64,000 nt of DNA, taken from NCBI GenBank assembly GCA_973895155.1, contig OZ316891.1, positions 10,789,875 through 10,853,874 of the forward strand. The letters are read 5' to 3'. Below, in pieces: positions 25,208 to 37,493 of the stretch (position 1 is the first letter of the stretch; every line of letters begins with the position of its first letter). The DNA is from Marsupella aquatica. Taxonomy: Eukaryota; Plantae; Marchantiophyta. A program made the translations under genes and the position numbers. Under the pieces are notes generated by a model. The model made no database searches and was not told the origin of the DNA. It saw only the letters and a program-made list of their open reading frames with translations.

Positions 25208-25676
25208 AGTGTGCGGGGATTGATGGAAAGTCACTGGAAACAAAATGAACATGAAACGATGAACACTAAATGGGCTTGAATATCAACAACAAGCAAGGAA
25301 TCTATCTTGTCACAATGCCCTTTGTCCTCTACTAATGGTCAAAGATCTAGTATGTTCTGAGGGAAATCTAAAAAAATTTAACATCAGAGCTGTTTAAATC
25401 CAATCTTGAGGAGTTAAGTGCTGGAAGGAGGGTTGTCTTTCTGTGCAATTGTTTCTTCATATCTGCTGCAAGGTGAAAGGGCCTTGGGAATCATGCGAGG
25501 AGGTTTATTAATGTGTTAGTAACTTACTTGCCTAAATTAACAGTCCAGATCTGACCATGCATAGATCTATCAGTCATAATGTGACCAAGCAAGGAAAAAG
25601 TACAATTGTTTTCCTAAGCGGGGGCTTCTCAACTGACCATAAGTGCCTCCTGCCCAAAGTACAGAAGGGAACACTA

Positions 25677-26959
25677 CACTCTTTACAGTATTTAGTGTCA
25701 CCAAACAACTAGTGTCACACACACTAATTAGGGGTAGCTCTTGATTTTCAGCCAAGTGACACTATTTACCGCCACCCTTAATTTTGAAAAATAAATTAAT
25801 ATATTAAAAAATATTGATAATTAGAGGTGACAATGTCATTACCCTAAACTGCTCTCACTCCAAAGTTATCCAAACTACCAACGACATCTCTTTGTGTGTA
25901 TGTTCTTAGAAAGTTTCTTTGTGTTTTATCTTGTCAGTAAAGGAAGGAGGTTGATAGATTTATAACATGGTGGGAATGGATTGGCCGTCATAGTTGGATT
26001 TGCTAGCACAAGGGAAAGAGAATCAAGACTATGTCAAAATGTCATTGGTAATTAGTCTGCATCTTGTTTGGGTTAACCTCGCTGCATTTAAAAAAATGAT
26101 AAATGAAGACTTACAAAATGTGGGGACTGGGACACGGGGCACATCTGGGAAATTGATAAATCCAGGCAAACATTGATTTTTGACATTGGCAAGGGACTCT
26201 GTAGCTGAGGTAAACAGTTTTGTTAATAGACATGACATGTCTTGTGCACAAAATTCAATGATAAACACTGGTTTGTCTCTAAATGTCAATGGTGTATAGT
26301 CTGAAAATCAACTCACACCTGAGCTTCAGAATATCATAGCGAAGTATCGAGTGAAGTTTTAAAGGAGTCGAGTTGGCCTTGACATTGATGCTACTATTGA
26401 AGTAGCTCCTGATATTGGTGAACCAGGTGAAGAGCCAGCTCAACCCTCTTCTCTTGGCGCTGTACGCTGTCTTGCAAGGATGAGACACAGGGGACAGATT
26501 GTAGGAGAGTGAAAAGAATGTTAGTTTGTAGCTTATGTGAGACAACATCTGCTATTCATAGTTGATTGAAGTGAATCAAACAGATCTTGTTTGCTCAATG
26601 TGGTTCAAGAGTACCCCAAAACTGCAAATGTGAGGAGTTATAAATTTCTGAAGTTTGCTCAATATTTGAGTAGTACATGGAAGGAGTTATAAGTTTCTGA
26701 AGTTTTCTCAATGCTTGAATGAGTAGTTAGTTTTGTAAATTGTAATCAAATATTGTGCAAATTTTTAGCTTTTTTTATAAGCAAATTTTAACTATTGTCC
26801 ATTCTTTGTTTTTAACTTTAAGTATGTGTGACACTATTTGACTTGTGACCACAATTAGTGTCATACTATATTAGTGTCACACACCCTAATTACCATCACT
26901 TACCTCAAATATAACCTCACAGTAATTAGAGTGTGTGAGACTAAATACTCTAAAGAGTG
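25677..26959. mobile_element. Non-autonomous Tc1/mariner (pogo-like) TIR element, copy 1
   Basis: TIRs CACTCTTTACAGTATTTAGT..ACTAAATACTCTAAAGAGTG flanked by TA on both sides. Subterminal AATTAGTGTCAC motifs. The + strand fragment SGKLINPGKH..GLSLNVNGV*SENQLTPELQNIIAKY resembles a transposase C-terminus. A second copy is at 43687-45058. Confidence 0.8.
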
Positions 26960-27215
26960 TAGTTGGAAGGGTGCGCCAGGCCACTCAAGATTGTAGCCCT
27001 TTGGTGCCAGTGCTCTGATGCAGCTATAGCTTATGCCACATAGTTGCACTGCCCCATGGTAGGTGTTTATTCCTGTTTGTCACCTGGAAAGTTAACTTGC
27101 TTTCCTGACCTATGGTCCCATTGTCAGAAGCATGCTCTTCTACTTTGGCCAGACGAATGCCAATTAAAGTATTCTAGTGCTTGGGGACACTGCACCATCC
27201 AACTTCCAAGCTTGC

Positions 27216-27460
27216 ATGCAACTTCCAAGGCAACTGTGTGGTTGAAAATGTATAAATGTTGTGCAAGAATCCAATGTATTTTCTCTCAAACTCTGTGTCC
27301 ATGCTTTTTGGGTACTTAGATAAATATATTCAAGAATGCAACTTCCAAGGCAACTATGTGGTTGAAAATGTATAGATGTAGTGCAAGGATCCAATCTATT
27401 TTCTCTCAAACTCTGTGTCCATGCTTTTCGGGTACTTACTCAGACAAATATATTCAAGAA
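27216..27460. repeat. ~120-bp tandem duplication
   Basis: ATGCAACTTCCAAGGCAACT..GTCCATGCTTTT..ATATATTCAAGAAT occurs twice. Confidence 0.85.
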
Positions 27461-27673
27461 TTACATAACAAAGTGTAGCAAAAAATTTTAAAAGCCTGTT
27501 TTTTTATAGTATTTGCGCTAGTCTCGATTTGTCACTGCCAGAATCTATGCAAAGCTGAAAAACATTTTCAATGGAGGTGGCTTCATATTTGTTGCATGGT
27601 TACACCAACACTATGATAAGCTCTGCTCAGCCCGGAGCACACCTTTTTTTTACTTTCCTGTCCAAATAAGCTA

Positions 27674-28766
27674 CACTGTTCACCGTAATTAGTGTGAGTA
27701 ACACTAATTCAAGAGCGCCCATTTTTGGGGTCTGCTCGCAAATTAGTGTTACTCACACTAATTCCGAGCAAACACTAATTCCGTGCGCACCAAATAGTGT
27801 TACATAACACTAATTTGCATGACTTTTAGACTCGTATCGCGCGGCACCAGAATGACAGGATTTCAAGTGTTCTTGGCAACCAGGCCTCTCATCACAGGCT
27901 CTTTGTTAGGGTATTTAGTTGTCACTCTCATTTAGGCTAACATTGATTGATCGGGTGATTGATGAGCACAATGTGAGCGGTAGTTCAATGTGAGCTAACA
28001 GAAAAAGATCCCTAATAGATGCTTTAGCCTACACGACTAAAGAGCTCTTCGCTATTGTCATTACCTAGGCAAGTGAGGGTCTACACCTTATGTGCAGAAC
28101 TCTTCAGTACTTTTGTACCCTTTTATTAACCTCCAAATGCTCTACTGTTGGCTGTGAAATAAAACCTCCAAAAATGATTGCGCGCGGGAGTAAATGTTGC
28201 AGAGCCCTCAAATCCCTAGTAGATACTCTAGCCCTCCACTATTACAGAGCTTTCACCTCCAGATGCTATGTACAGTAATATGTTGAGCAAAACATTTAAA
28301 CAAAACCTCAAAATAAATAAATTGAAAACTGACACCAATTAGTGTTACTTTTGTTTCGGGATCAAGTTCACATAAATTAGTGTGACTACACTAATTTGTG
28401 TTAGGTATTGCTCTTAGTCTTGTGACTCATGGATTACGACACTTAGGCTAACCACAGTTAGGGTCTTAGCTGAGGTTAGGTTAGTCGTGTGTGACCTTGT
28501 ATATACCAGGGCTAGTGTAAGCCGCTGGTGAGTAGTGCTTGCTCATTGTAATCGAGCAACTTGAGGAAGAGATCGAGAGAGCTTATGTGTTCGACTACTC
28601 TGAAGTAAAGTTGGAGTGTTTGTGTGGACATAGCCTTGAAGAAGAGGTGAACCACGTATGGATTGTGTCGACTACGTGAGCATGGTATGAGTCATGTTTG
28701 TATCGTCATGAAGGAAGACGTCATACTTCAACAATTTGGATATAACACTAATTATGGTGAACAATG
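27674..28766. mobile_element. TA-flanked TIR element (Tc1/mariner-type MITE) interrupted by a solo LTR
   Basis: TA|CACTGTTCACCGTAATTAGTGT ... ACACTAATTATGGTGAACAATG|TA, with many AATTAGTGT/ACACTAATT subterminal motifs. Confidence 0.75.
28399..28733 (+). mobile_element. Solo LTR related to the copia-1 LTR family
   Basis: TGTTAGG...TTCAACA with 5-bp TSD ATTTG (28394-98, 28734-38). Shares GTGGACATAGCC..GAGGTGAACCACGTAT..TTGTGTCGACTA with the reverse complement of the copia-1 LTR. Confidence 0.85.
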
Positions 28767-28871
28767 TAGTATCAAACAGCCCAGCCAAACCATCTTCAGA
28801 GGATGTTTTTGCTGTTTGGTAGTGTGAAAATGGGCTGGATAGGTAAGAAGTTAACTCATACTTCAACAGGA

Positions 28872-29497
28872 GAAAAAGACACACTGAGTCATCCTCTAAG
28901 TCACACATTTGTTTGTTGGTGTTACCTTGTTTGGGAGACTACTAACTCAGGTTATTTCACCTTGTTGAGATTTTTGTTGTGTATTTTGTTTCAATTTGCC
29001 TTTAGAGGCAACTAAGGTGTATGTTTTGTACCGCTGGAATCTGACACACTATCCCCCTCTCCTAATGTTTTTCATTCTCCTATGAATCCTAGAGCTTTGT
29101 GTTAGCTCTATGTTATTTGTAATGTTACCAATCCTAAATTACAATTGTTTTTATTCTAGTAATAAAACTATATTTGAATGACATGAAAAAGACACACTGA
29201 GTCATCCTCTAAGTCACACATTTGTTTGTTGGTGTTACCTTGTTTGGGAGACTACTAACTCAGGTTATTTCACCTTGTTGAGATTTTTGTTGTGTATTTT
29301 GTTTCAATTTGCCTTTAGAGGCAACTAAGGTGTATGTTTTGTACCGCTGGAATCTGACACACTATCCCCCTCTCCTAATGTTTTTCATTCTCCTATGAAT
29401 CCTAGAGCTTTGTGTTAGCTCTATGTTATTTGTAATGTTACCAATCCTAAATTACAATTGTTTTTATTCTAGTAATAAAACTATATTTGAATGACAT
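28872..29497. repeat. 313-bp apparently exact tandem duplication
   Basis: GAAAAAGACACACTGAG...TTTGAATGACAT at 28872-29184 and 29185-29497. Confidence 0.92.
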
Positions 29498-29509
29498 TCC
29501 ATACATACG

Positions 29510-30750
29510 AGGGATGCTATATCTTCTTATAAGCGAAAGAATGGCTCTATGATAATATCAGACCCTCCCTTGTTTTATATTCATCAGAGATTTGTTCCCT
29601 AAGTTTATGGTTTTGAGTGTCTTCCTTATCACCAACTGAAATCATTATGTGAGAAACACATTTGAAAGGGATGCAAAGTCTTTAAGAAGTTGTACGTCTA
29701 CTAAAGGACATGTGGGGGGGGGGGGGGCTTAGGGGTTAAAACTTTGTAAGGCCACGAACAGCCAGGAGGGGGCACAGGTACCAAGTTTCCCATAACAAAT
29801 TCATTCTTGCTTTAAGTTGATTCTGACAACTCCATCCAAACTCTTAAAATGAAAGATTATTATTATTATTCTCAACACATGATTTTTTTTGCAGGGGAAA
29901 CACTACAAGACAATGACACTAATTTACTTTCTGTTTGGGGATCCTCACACCTTTAGTTATCTTAACAAACCTCTTTGTGGCTGATTTATCGATCTAGATA
30001 CAATAAATTGTCTTAATTGAAAACTTTTTTATTAGCATATCATGGCATTTGGGTTCATGTCTCCCCTACTGCGCCCTTGTGTTCCTTGGTAGTTATATAT
30101 GTATGTGGGGAAAGTTGTCACAAAGAATACTTCTAATTAGTCCAATCTGGTTGCATGGTTCTTATCACAAATTTCTGAAGCTGTTATATGGTGAATCCAC
30201 CTTTCAAATTTTGTCTTATACAGATTTTTTGTGTCATGTATTTTTATTTCAATCTGCCTTATCGAGGGGCAACCTTTGTATCATATACATTTTTAATTAA
30301 TTTTCAAACCCCTTTAATTTTAGGCATGATAGAGTATTTTGAACTTATTTTGGCAGCCTCCTTATAACTTTTAAAGTTTGTGATCTCTTAGAGACTAAAT
30401 GAGAGATGAAAAGATGAAACCAATGGTTCCACCACTTGAACAAAGTATTCTCATGAGCAAAGAGAAATGATTCTGAATAACATGAATGCATAGTGTCTGA
30501 CTTAAGTTCCCCTCATGTAGTCTTTCCTAAGTTTATGGTTTTTATTGAAATGAGTGTCATTCATAAGGCACATTGAATTAAGTGCACAAATAGTAGCATC
30601 GTTGTGTCATAAAACTTGACTGCACTTTTCATTGTGCTTTTCTCGGCAGTCACTTTGCTAACATTATTTTATCCTTCTAGTTATACTCTCATATTTTATT
30701 TACTTTCAAACTACAAGACAAAAAATCAAGCATGTTCCAGGATGAGCCTG
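29510..30750 (+). repeat. Diverged paralogous copy of the non-coding region ~15030-15800 plus 17680-18345
   Basis: Shared blocks such as GAAGCTG.TATATGGTGAAT.CAC.TTTCAAATTTTGTCTTAT..TCAATCTGCCTTATC.AGGGGCA and AAGCATGTTCCAGGATGAGC. Confidence 0.75.
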
Positions 30751-30949
30751 CTATATCTCCCACCCATGGGAGCATCATTGTTGGGAAACCACCTGTTAAA
30801 AAGTTGTGTAATTGGCTTCAGTTGTAACTGGCAAGTAAAACCACCAATGTATGATTTTGTGTGTATAGTTTATGGTTCTTTAAAATTCTTTGGCCCTAGA
30901 CAGTTTGGAAAGAAAGGCATGTTACAATAACACTAGAACCGAGAGCTAG

Positions 30950-31023
30950 ACTATCTGGTTGGGGATTGAACCTGAGATGTCCTGGTCACAAGTTAGTCAC
31001 TCTGGCCACATAGGCTAAGGCCC
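30950..31023 (-). other. Degenerate tRNA-like / tRNA-derived SINE head
   Basis: Minus strand has an A-box-like TAGCCTATGTGG and a B-box-like GGTTCAATCCC at tRNA spacing, but no intact cloverleaf. Confidence 0.4.
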
Positions 31024-31684
31024 ACTAAAATGACTCAGTTTTTCCTTGAAGTTTGTATGCATCAAAAGACTTGACAAGGCCCTAGGGGCCAAAAGAACCT
31101 CCAGTAGGTTTCCTATCTTCCAAGCAACTAAACCTTAATTAACCAGCGTTAAACCCTATGTAGATCATCATCTCAACCATGGTCAAGTCTCTAACGAAGT
31201 GTCGCAAATAAAAAAACCCGTTTGTCCACTGAAGTGATCAAACTAACTAAGGTGATCAAACTGTAACCTGGCCCCCAAACTAGTTGTACACATTGGTGAG
31301 GAGGCATGATTGGCCTCATTCTACCCGGGCCAAGAATGCCTGAACAACTGTTGGTTCATTCAGGCTGTTCCATGCTCCCATTAGTAGAGCATTGGGTTCC
31401 ACCATTAATGTGTCAAACACACAACTAAGGTAGTACACATGCATATGCAACCATTGAGTTGAAAGCTTCACTGTATCATCACTATTGCTCTCTCTTGTCA
31501 TACTTGACCATGTGTGCTTGCTTACCTATGCATCTATGGATATCTCAACATTAGCCTTGGCATCTGACTAACATATTTCAATACTAGCCTCTGGTTTAAC
31601 AATAGCATGCAGTTTGGGGAATTGAAACCAACCCACAGGCAATCTTAGTTTTTTGAGGCTTGCAGCACCATAATGACTAGCCTA

Positions 31685-32019
31685 ATTGACCATGAGAAAA
31701 CAAAAGACCTGGTACCGAGCCTGGCGCACACTGACACAAGATATATGTGGTTCACTTTTGTCAAGGCTACATTCACGGAATGCTAGTAAGAGCTTTACTA
31801 GGCTTTGGCCACCATGGCCCACACAAAATAATCCTCCTTGTACACAAGCTCTAGCACCTAGCTAGCTCCTTCAACAATGAGCATGAGTCTCCAAGAGGAG
31901 CTCTCCCTAGCCCTTCTATATGCTAGATACTAGAGTCGTGACTAATCACCATTAACACCCTAATGGCGGTTTAGCCTAAGTAACTAGAAGTTAACCCAAG
32001 ACTAGAGTTAACCCGTACA
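31685..32019 (-). mobile_element. Decayed solo-LTR-like remnant of the copia-1 LTR family
   Basis: GACACAAGATATATGTGGTTCAC..AGGCTACATTCACGG..AGAGCTTTACT..AACAATGAGC parallels the copia-1 LTR. No TSD found. Confidence 0.5.
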
Positions 32020-35000
32020 AATGTGAGAAAAAATGCCAAGATAGAAAAAATGTCAAGGCAAGGTAAAGTGATTGTGATGGTATTCAGTAACCCGTGCATT
32101 GCACATAAAAATTGGGGACGCGAGATAACAGTCACCACCGGGGTCACCGCATTCATAGAGTCCATGCACAATCAAGTAATGAGGAAAAATATGTTTTTCA
32201 ATTTTAATTTTTTAGAGAAATGAATATTTAATCTAATTTCTTTATACTGAAGATTTTTCAAAAATATAAAAGGTAATAGCCATTTAATTTAAATTTAAAT
32301 AAATTAAATTTAATTAATCTTCAATTAATTTCTTTACCTTGGCCAGGTTTGGACAGGCTACAAGCAGCTCTGAGCCAGGTTCTCAGATGCGACAAGAACC
32401 TGCCTCCGAGTTTGCTAATTGCACACTCCCAAGAAGTATAGGGTTTAGGGTGAATCTAGCCTTGACAAAAGTGACCCACATATATCTTCCTCATATCCCC
32501 CCCTTTGGAGTACTTTCTCTCTAATTGCACACAACCAAGAAGAAGCATGGCACTACCTGATAAGTGCAAATACATGGAATTGTGCATATATCAACGAGAG
32601 CTACACTGCTTCTATGTGCAATGGTTCCCCAGCCCATAAGTACAATTTTGGCTCACCGGACGAATATCATGCACTGACGAGTAAGTGTAATTCAATTGCA
32701 TTGTGCTCTTACCAATAAGTGTTCATGGAAACTTACCAGGGGTTCTCATTTGCAAAGCTGTCATTTAGGGGACGTTTTTCAGTCTGTTAGCACTTAAAAT
32801 AAGGTGCAAAACAAGTGCAAACTCTGTGGTGAAAAGGGAAAGAACCGGATTATTTGCACTTATGGTTAAGAAGGTGAGGCTGCACACAGACTCTGAAGAA
32901 ACTCACTCATTACTCATTCCTTCTTCGTGAATGCAAGAGACGAATTAGGAGACAAAGAGAGAGGGATTGATCGATCAGATTGAGAGCTTTGCGAGCTCAG
33001 GATTTCACATCCATCAGGGAACAGGCAAGGCAGGTGCACTCCCTTCGATCGAAGTAACTCTATTCGCAAGGGCCCAAGTAAAATTGGCTACTGCAGCATG
33101 GCTACAGCAGCATTGTCACATAGAGGGCAACAAAGATTAATGACATTGTCGTCTGGTGTCAGGTTAATGTGTGACAATTGTGTTTATTGTGAGGCATGGA
33201 TATTGGACTTTACATAATCAAATTCCTTTCTATCTCGCCTCTCCAGGTCTATGAGGCACAGGAGATAAAATGAACAATATGTCCTTGTCAGGCAATGGGA
33301 ACTAGTCATGTTTGTTTACTTGACATAATTAATTTCCGAGTGATTTCCCTGAAACCTAAACGAGGACAGGGAGTCGCGTAGGTGGAACGGGATTTGCGAT
33401 CATATCCACATGGGAAGAGGGGATGAGATTTTTCTATGGCACCTGTTTTCGAGATTTATCTTCATCACTTTTTTCTTTCTTTCGGTTTTGGTGTAGCTGT
33501 GAATAATTTCTCCTCCTCTTCCGTCTATCTTTTGTACATCTTGGAGCGATGTCTCCATCGATTCCTGTCAAATGGGTTTAGTCGTGAGCCCGACACGTTA
33601 ACCCCCAAAATTTGACTGAAATTTAATCTGGGCTGTTGAAAAAGCAAAGAGGGAAAGTTTGGTTTTACATAGTCTCAGTCCCATCTTGGTTTGGTAATTC
33701 AGACATCTCAGCTTCGGAAGGTCTTGTCTAGCTTTTAAAAGTTGTGTGGTATTTTAGAGACACAAATAAAGGAGGCTCGATGTGTCTGCGGCCCAAAAGA
33801 AAATACCACCTCCAGATGGGGCTAAGGTTCAGTTCACTCACTTTATTTGGAAAGCCAATGTGCAAACGCTCGGGAGATGGGGCCTCAGAAGTGGAGGTCA
33901 TGTAAAGTGGCCCTCAGCTGGACACAGAAAGATCCTGTCCCCTCAGATTCATTTTGCTGATTTGTAGTGGAACCTGGTAAGCACATTGGATTGATCCTGT
34001 TGTGGTGCTGTAATGTGGTATTTGAATTGAATTAGACTGGACGTTATGAATGTCTGGGCTCAGTTTGCAGTTGTCTTGGACACGGTCGCTCGTGTTTGGC
34101 TGAACTTCAATCAATTTCTCCACTTGATCGTGAGACCTGGCATAACCTACTGTTGCGTACTTACGTTGTCCCTGTCGCATGAGCAATCGCCGAAGTTGTG
34201 TTTAATGAGGAGGAAGACCTGGTTTAGGTCTCAGTGGTCGGGAGAAAGTCCTAATTCTTGCCTTAGCATGGCCAGTCCTATCGTTCCGCGAAGTTGAGAA
34301 ATTGTGGTGTTAGTTCAGTCACAGCTATCGTGAACTTCTTCTTCATGTCCCTTGCTTTGGAATGTCTCATGTGTGGGTGACCAGACAGAGCTGCTCGTAA
34401 GGAGTGAGATGTCGCTGGGGAAAATAAAGCTCTGTTTTCAGAGTCCTGTAAAAGATTGCAAGGTGGATTTGTTATCGATGAGAAAGAATTGTTAAAGATG
34501 TGGGTTGGTGCTTTCGACGTGGGTGGGAAACCCGTTGGGTTGTGTTGCCACATGAGTTTGAAGGCGTTGACAGTTTGTTTCCCTATCTGACCCCTATTTG
34601 CTGCTGTGATGGAACAGTGGGCTCATTCTGGAAGACATATCATATCCTACATTGTCTTGAGAAGGGGCAAATCACAGTCGAAGCTACATAGATAGATTTG
34701 TCAATATCGATTTGAGAACAATATGTTATCCTCTGCTTACTTTCTTCTTGGCCAAAACGAACCCTTGAACTTGCAGGACACTACTGACCCGAAAAGGGTT
34801 ACGCACGTCACTGGTGTGGAAACAATGTACACAATTTTGAGGTTATTCTCTTATCAAATAATACCTTGAATCTACTGTCATGCAGTCTCCCTGATCATCA
34901 TCTTCCACCTATTGTAGAGATGATTTTGTGTCTCGGACTGGTGTGTTGAAGTTAGAGGCGGGCAGGATGTTTTCTATTATCTTGTGAGCAGGAAATCGAT

Positions 35001-36009
35001 GCAAAACCCCTTTCCAATCTCTGAAAGTTGAACGGGGTAATTCTTTGTGAGCTACTTCTGAAATTCCATTCATATTCTACTCTGCCTTTGTCTCGAGTAT
35101 CCGGCAATTGAAGACAATTGGGATCCTTCTTGTTGTGGCGAGAAGATGCTGCGTCCACGGGAGACATCTGAGGCGATGGGATGACAAAATCTTACCACAT
35201 GTTGGGCAGCAGGATCTGCCTCTTTTCATGTTCGACGGAGTCTCATCTTTTTGCTCTACATCTCGCCGTGTTTAGTTACATGGGTATTGGCTGTGGCAAT
35301 TGAATCTCATCCCCGATCTTTAAGCGAATCAATTATCTTACAGTAGGTCTGTCACCAGGAAGGTGAATTCAACAGAGAGGAGGAGATATCATGCATGTAT
35401 GTGATTCTGCTGTTGGAAATTTTATGTTAGCATGACGATTACCCAACACTTTGTACTCTTCACAATTGTTCTTCAGTAGTGTAACTCGTGTAACGCATCT
35501 GTCTCTTAACTCTTTCAACAGACACTATAATTGTGCAAATAATTGAAAGAGTTTTTGTGATGAAAACATCTTGGAATAGTGTGTCGACTCCCTTTTTAAA
35601 GTTTATGCACTTCTTAGTTTATGCACTTCTTAAGTTCTTCTTTCAAGTCTGTGCATGTTTTCTCAGAAGCAAGAGAATAGAAAACTTTACCTTCAGTTGC
35701 AAAGCATATCACTTATTGGAGTCAGAGCAAAGCGTCCTCTAATATCTTCGGACGACTCACGATTGTGTAGACACCTACGTGCTTGTACGAGTTGCCTATC
35801 CAGCGTCAAGAAACCATAATCTCAGTACCTTCATTTCGAAATCCCATTGACCAGGGACCATAGCATGTGTAATTTTCTATAAAAACTGTCAAAAGATTGA
35901 TACTCTTCACTCTTCGTTCCCTACAAATTCCGTCTACGCTGGTTACTTTTGTCTGACCGTCCCCTGCTGACCTACAGCTACTCCTGACCAACGATCACTT
36001 CAACTCTAT

Positions 36010-36390
36010 CTAATGTCATGTCATCTGAGTTTCGGTCCTTTTTGGGTTTTTATGCACACCATTTCTTTGTTGTACTTGTTATACGCAGTTACTGGGATTC
36101 GATTCTCCATAATGTGATGTCATCTGAATTTTTCAGTCCTTTTGATGGTTTGTGCGATCCTTCCCCTTGTTGTACTTTTTATACCCGATTACTTGGATTC
36201 GTCTCTCCTTAATCTGATGTCATCTGAATTTGGTTGCTTTTTATGGTTTCTGCACACCTTCCCTTTGATGTACTATTAACACCCAGTTACTATTCGATTG
36301 TCTATAATGTGATGTAGTCTGAAATTCAGTCACTTCTATGGTTTCTGCACACCTTCCCTCTGTTGCACTCTTTACACCCAGTTACTTGGA
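36010..36390. repeat. Four ~97-bp diverged tandem repeats
   Basis: AATGTGATGTCATCTGAATT..GCACACCTTCCC..TTGTACT..CAGTTACT recurs four times. Confidence 0.8.
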
Positions 36391-37404
36391 CTGCTCACAG
36401 CAAGACCTTACTGCTGCAGCCTGCTCGGCGATGTGTTTTGTAGGTGTTATTGTTGTCTCACCAATTCACCGTCAACAAGCCAACAGAGTCTCTCTTTCCT
36501 TCTTTCAGGTCTACTTCCGGCGCAATGTGATAACAAAGCACTAGTTGGCAAATGAGGTTTCAACCTGGCACCTCTGTCGCCCCAGATTCATGCCCTACTA
36601 CCAGCCCACAGCCTGCTGGATGACAGCAATGGTGGTTTCCTTGTATTTACATTGATTTTGCGGGCAGCAAACCTACAGCTGCTGGCTAGTGGCAGCCATC
36701 ACTCGCATGACGGACATCATTGAATGCCATTCCTGACTCATAGAAGGAAATACTTTGACATTGCAAATTTATTGAATATGCAAACCGTCCAAGATACAAG
36801 GACGGTTTGCATATTCAAAGTATTTGCATATCATTGTCCTTGTATCTTGGACGGTTTGCATATTCTGGAGAAAACCATCCTGTATACTTTGACATTGCAA
36901 AGACCTTTCAGAGAGGTGGTATTGAGAGAATTTTGCCACAACAATTTGCTGCTGCTTATGACCACATCAAACCTCCACCAAACTTTTTGCCATATGGACA
37001 ATCTTGGCATTTCATTTCAATCTGTAGCTTAGAGTTCTTGACTTACTACCTGTATCTACGTTAATTATCTAGCACCCAGGCTCTTATTTTTACTTGACCT
37101 GATCAATCGATATGTACTTGAAACTACCCCCGTTTTATTAAACCACTCCTTCCGGTTTATAAGCCCCATTCCCTCCCTCACTACTCCTCATTCCTGTCCT
37201 GTGGTGAATAGTGTCTCACCACCATAACAAGTTAACAACCCATAGCTATCATTGTAAAGTGCTCACCACAACACCCCATAGCTATCATTGTAAAGTGCAC
37301 AAGTATATGAATGTGCTTGAGCTCCACAAAGTTCATGAATGGGCTTGAGTTCCACAACAAGTGGTGAATGCAAAACCTTTTATTGGCCAGTGTGGTTTAC
37401 CTGT

Positions 37405-37493
37405 TGACAAGTTCATGTTGGTGCTACTCTTGGTGTGACACAAGCATGGTAGGTGCCACTTGGACCAAGAGTAGCAGCAACATGAACTTGTCA
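37405..37493. repeat. 30-bp inverted repeat (hairpin)
   Basis: TGACAAGTTCATGTTGGTGCTACTCTTGGT pairs with ACCAAGAGTAGCAGCAACATGAACTTGTCA (one mismatch) across a 29-nt loop. Confidence 0.9.
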
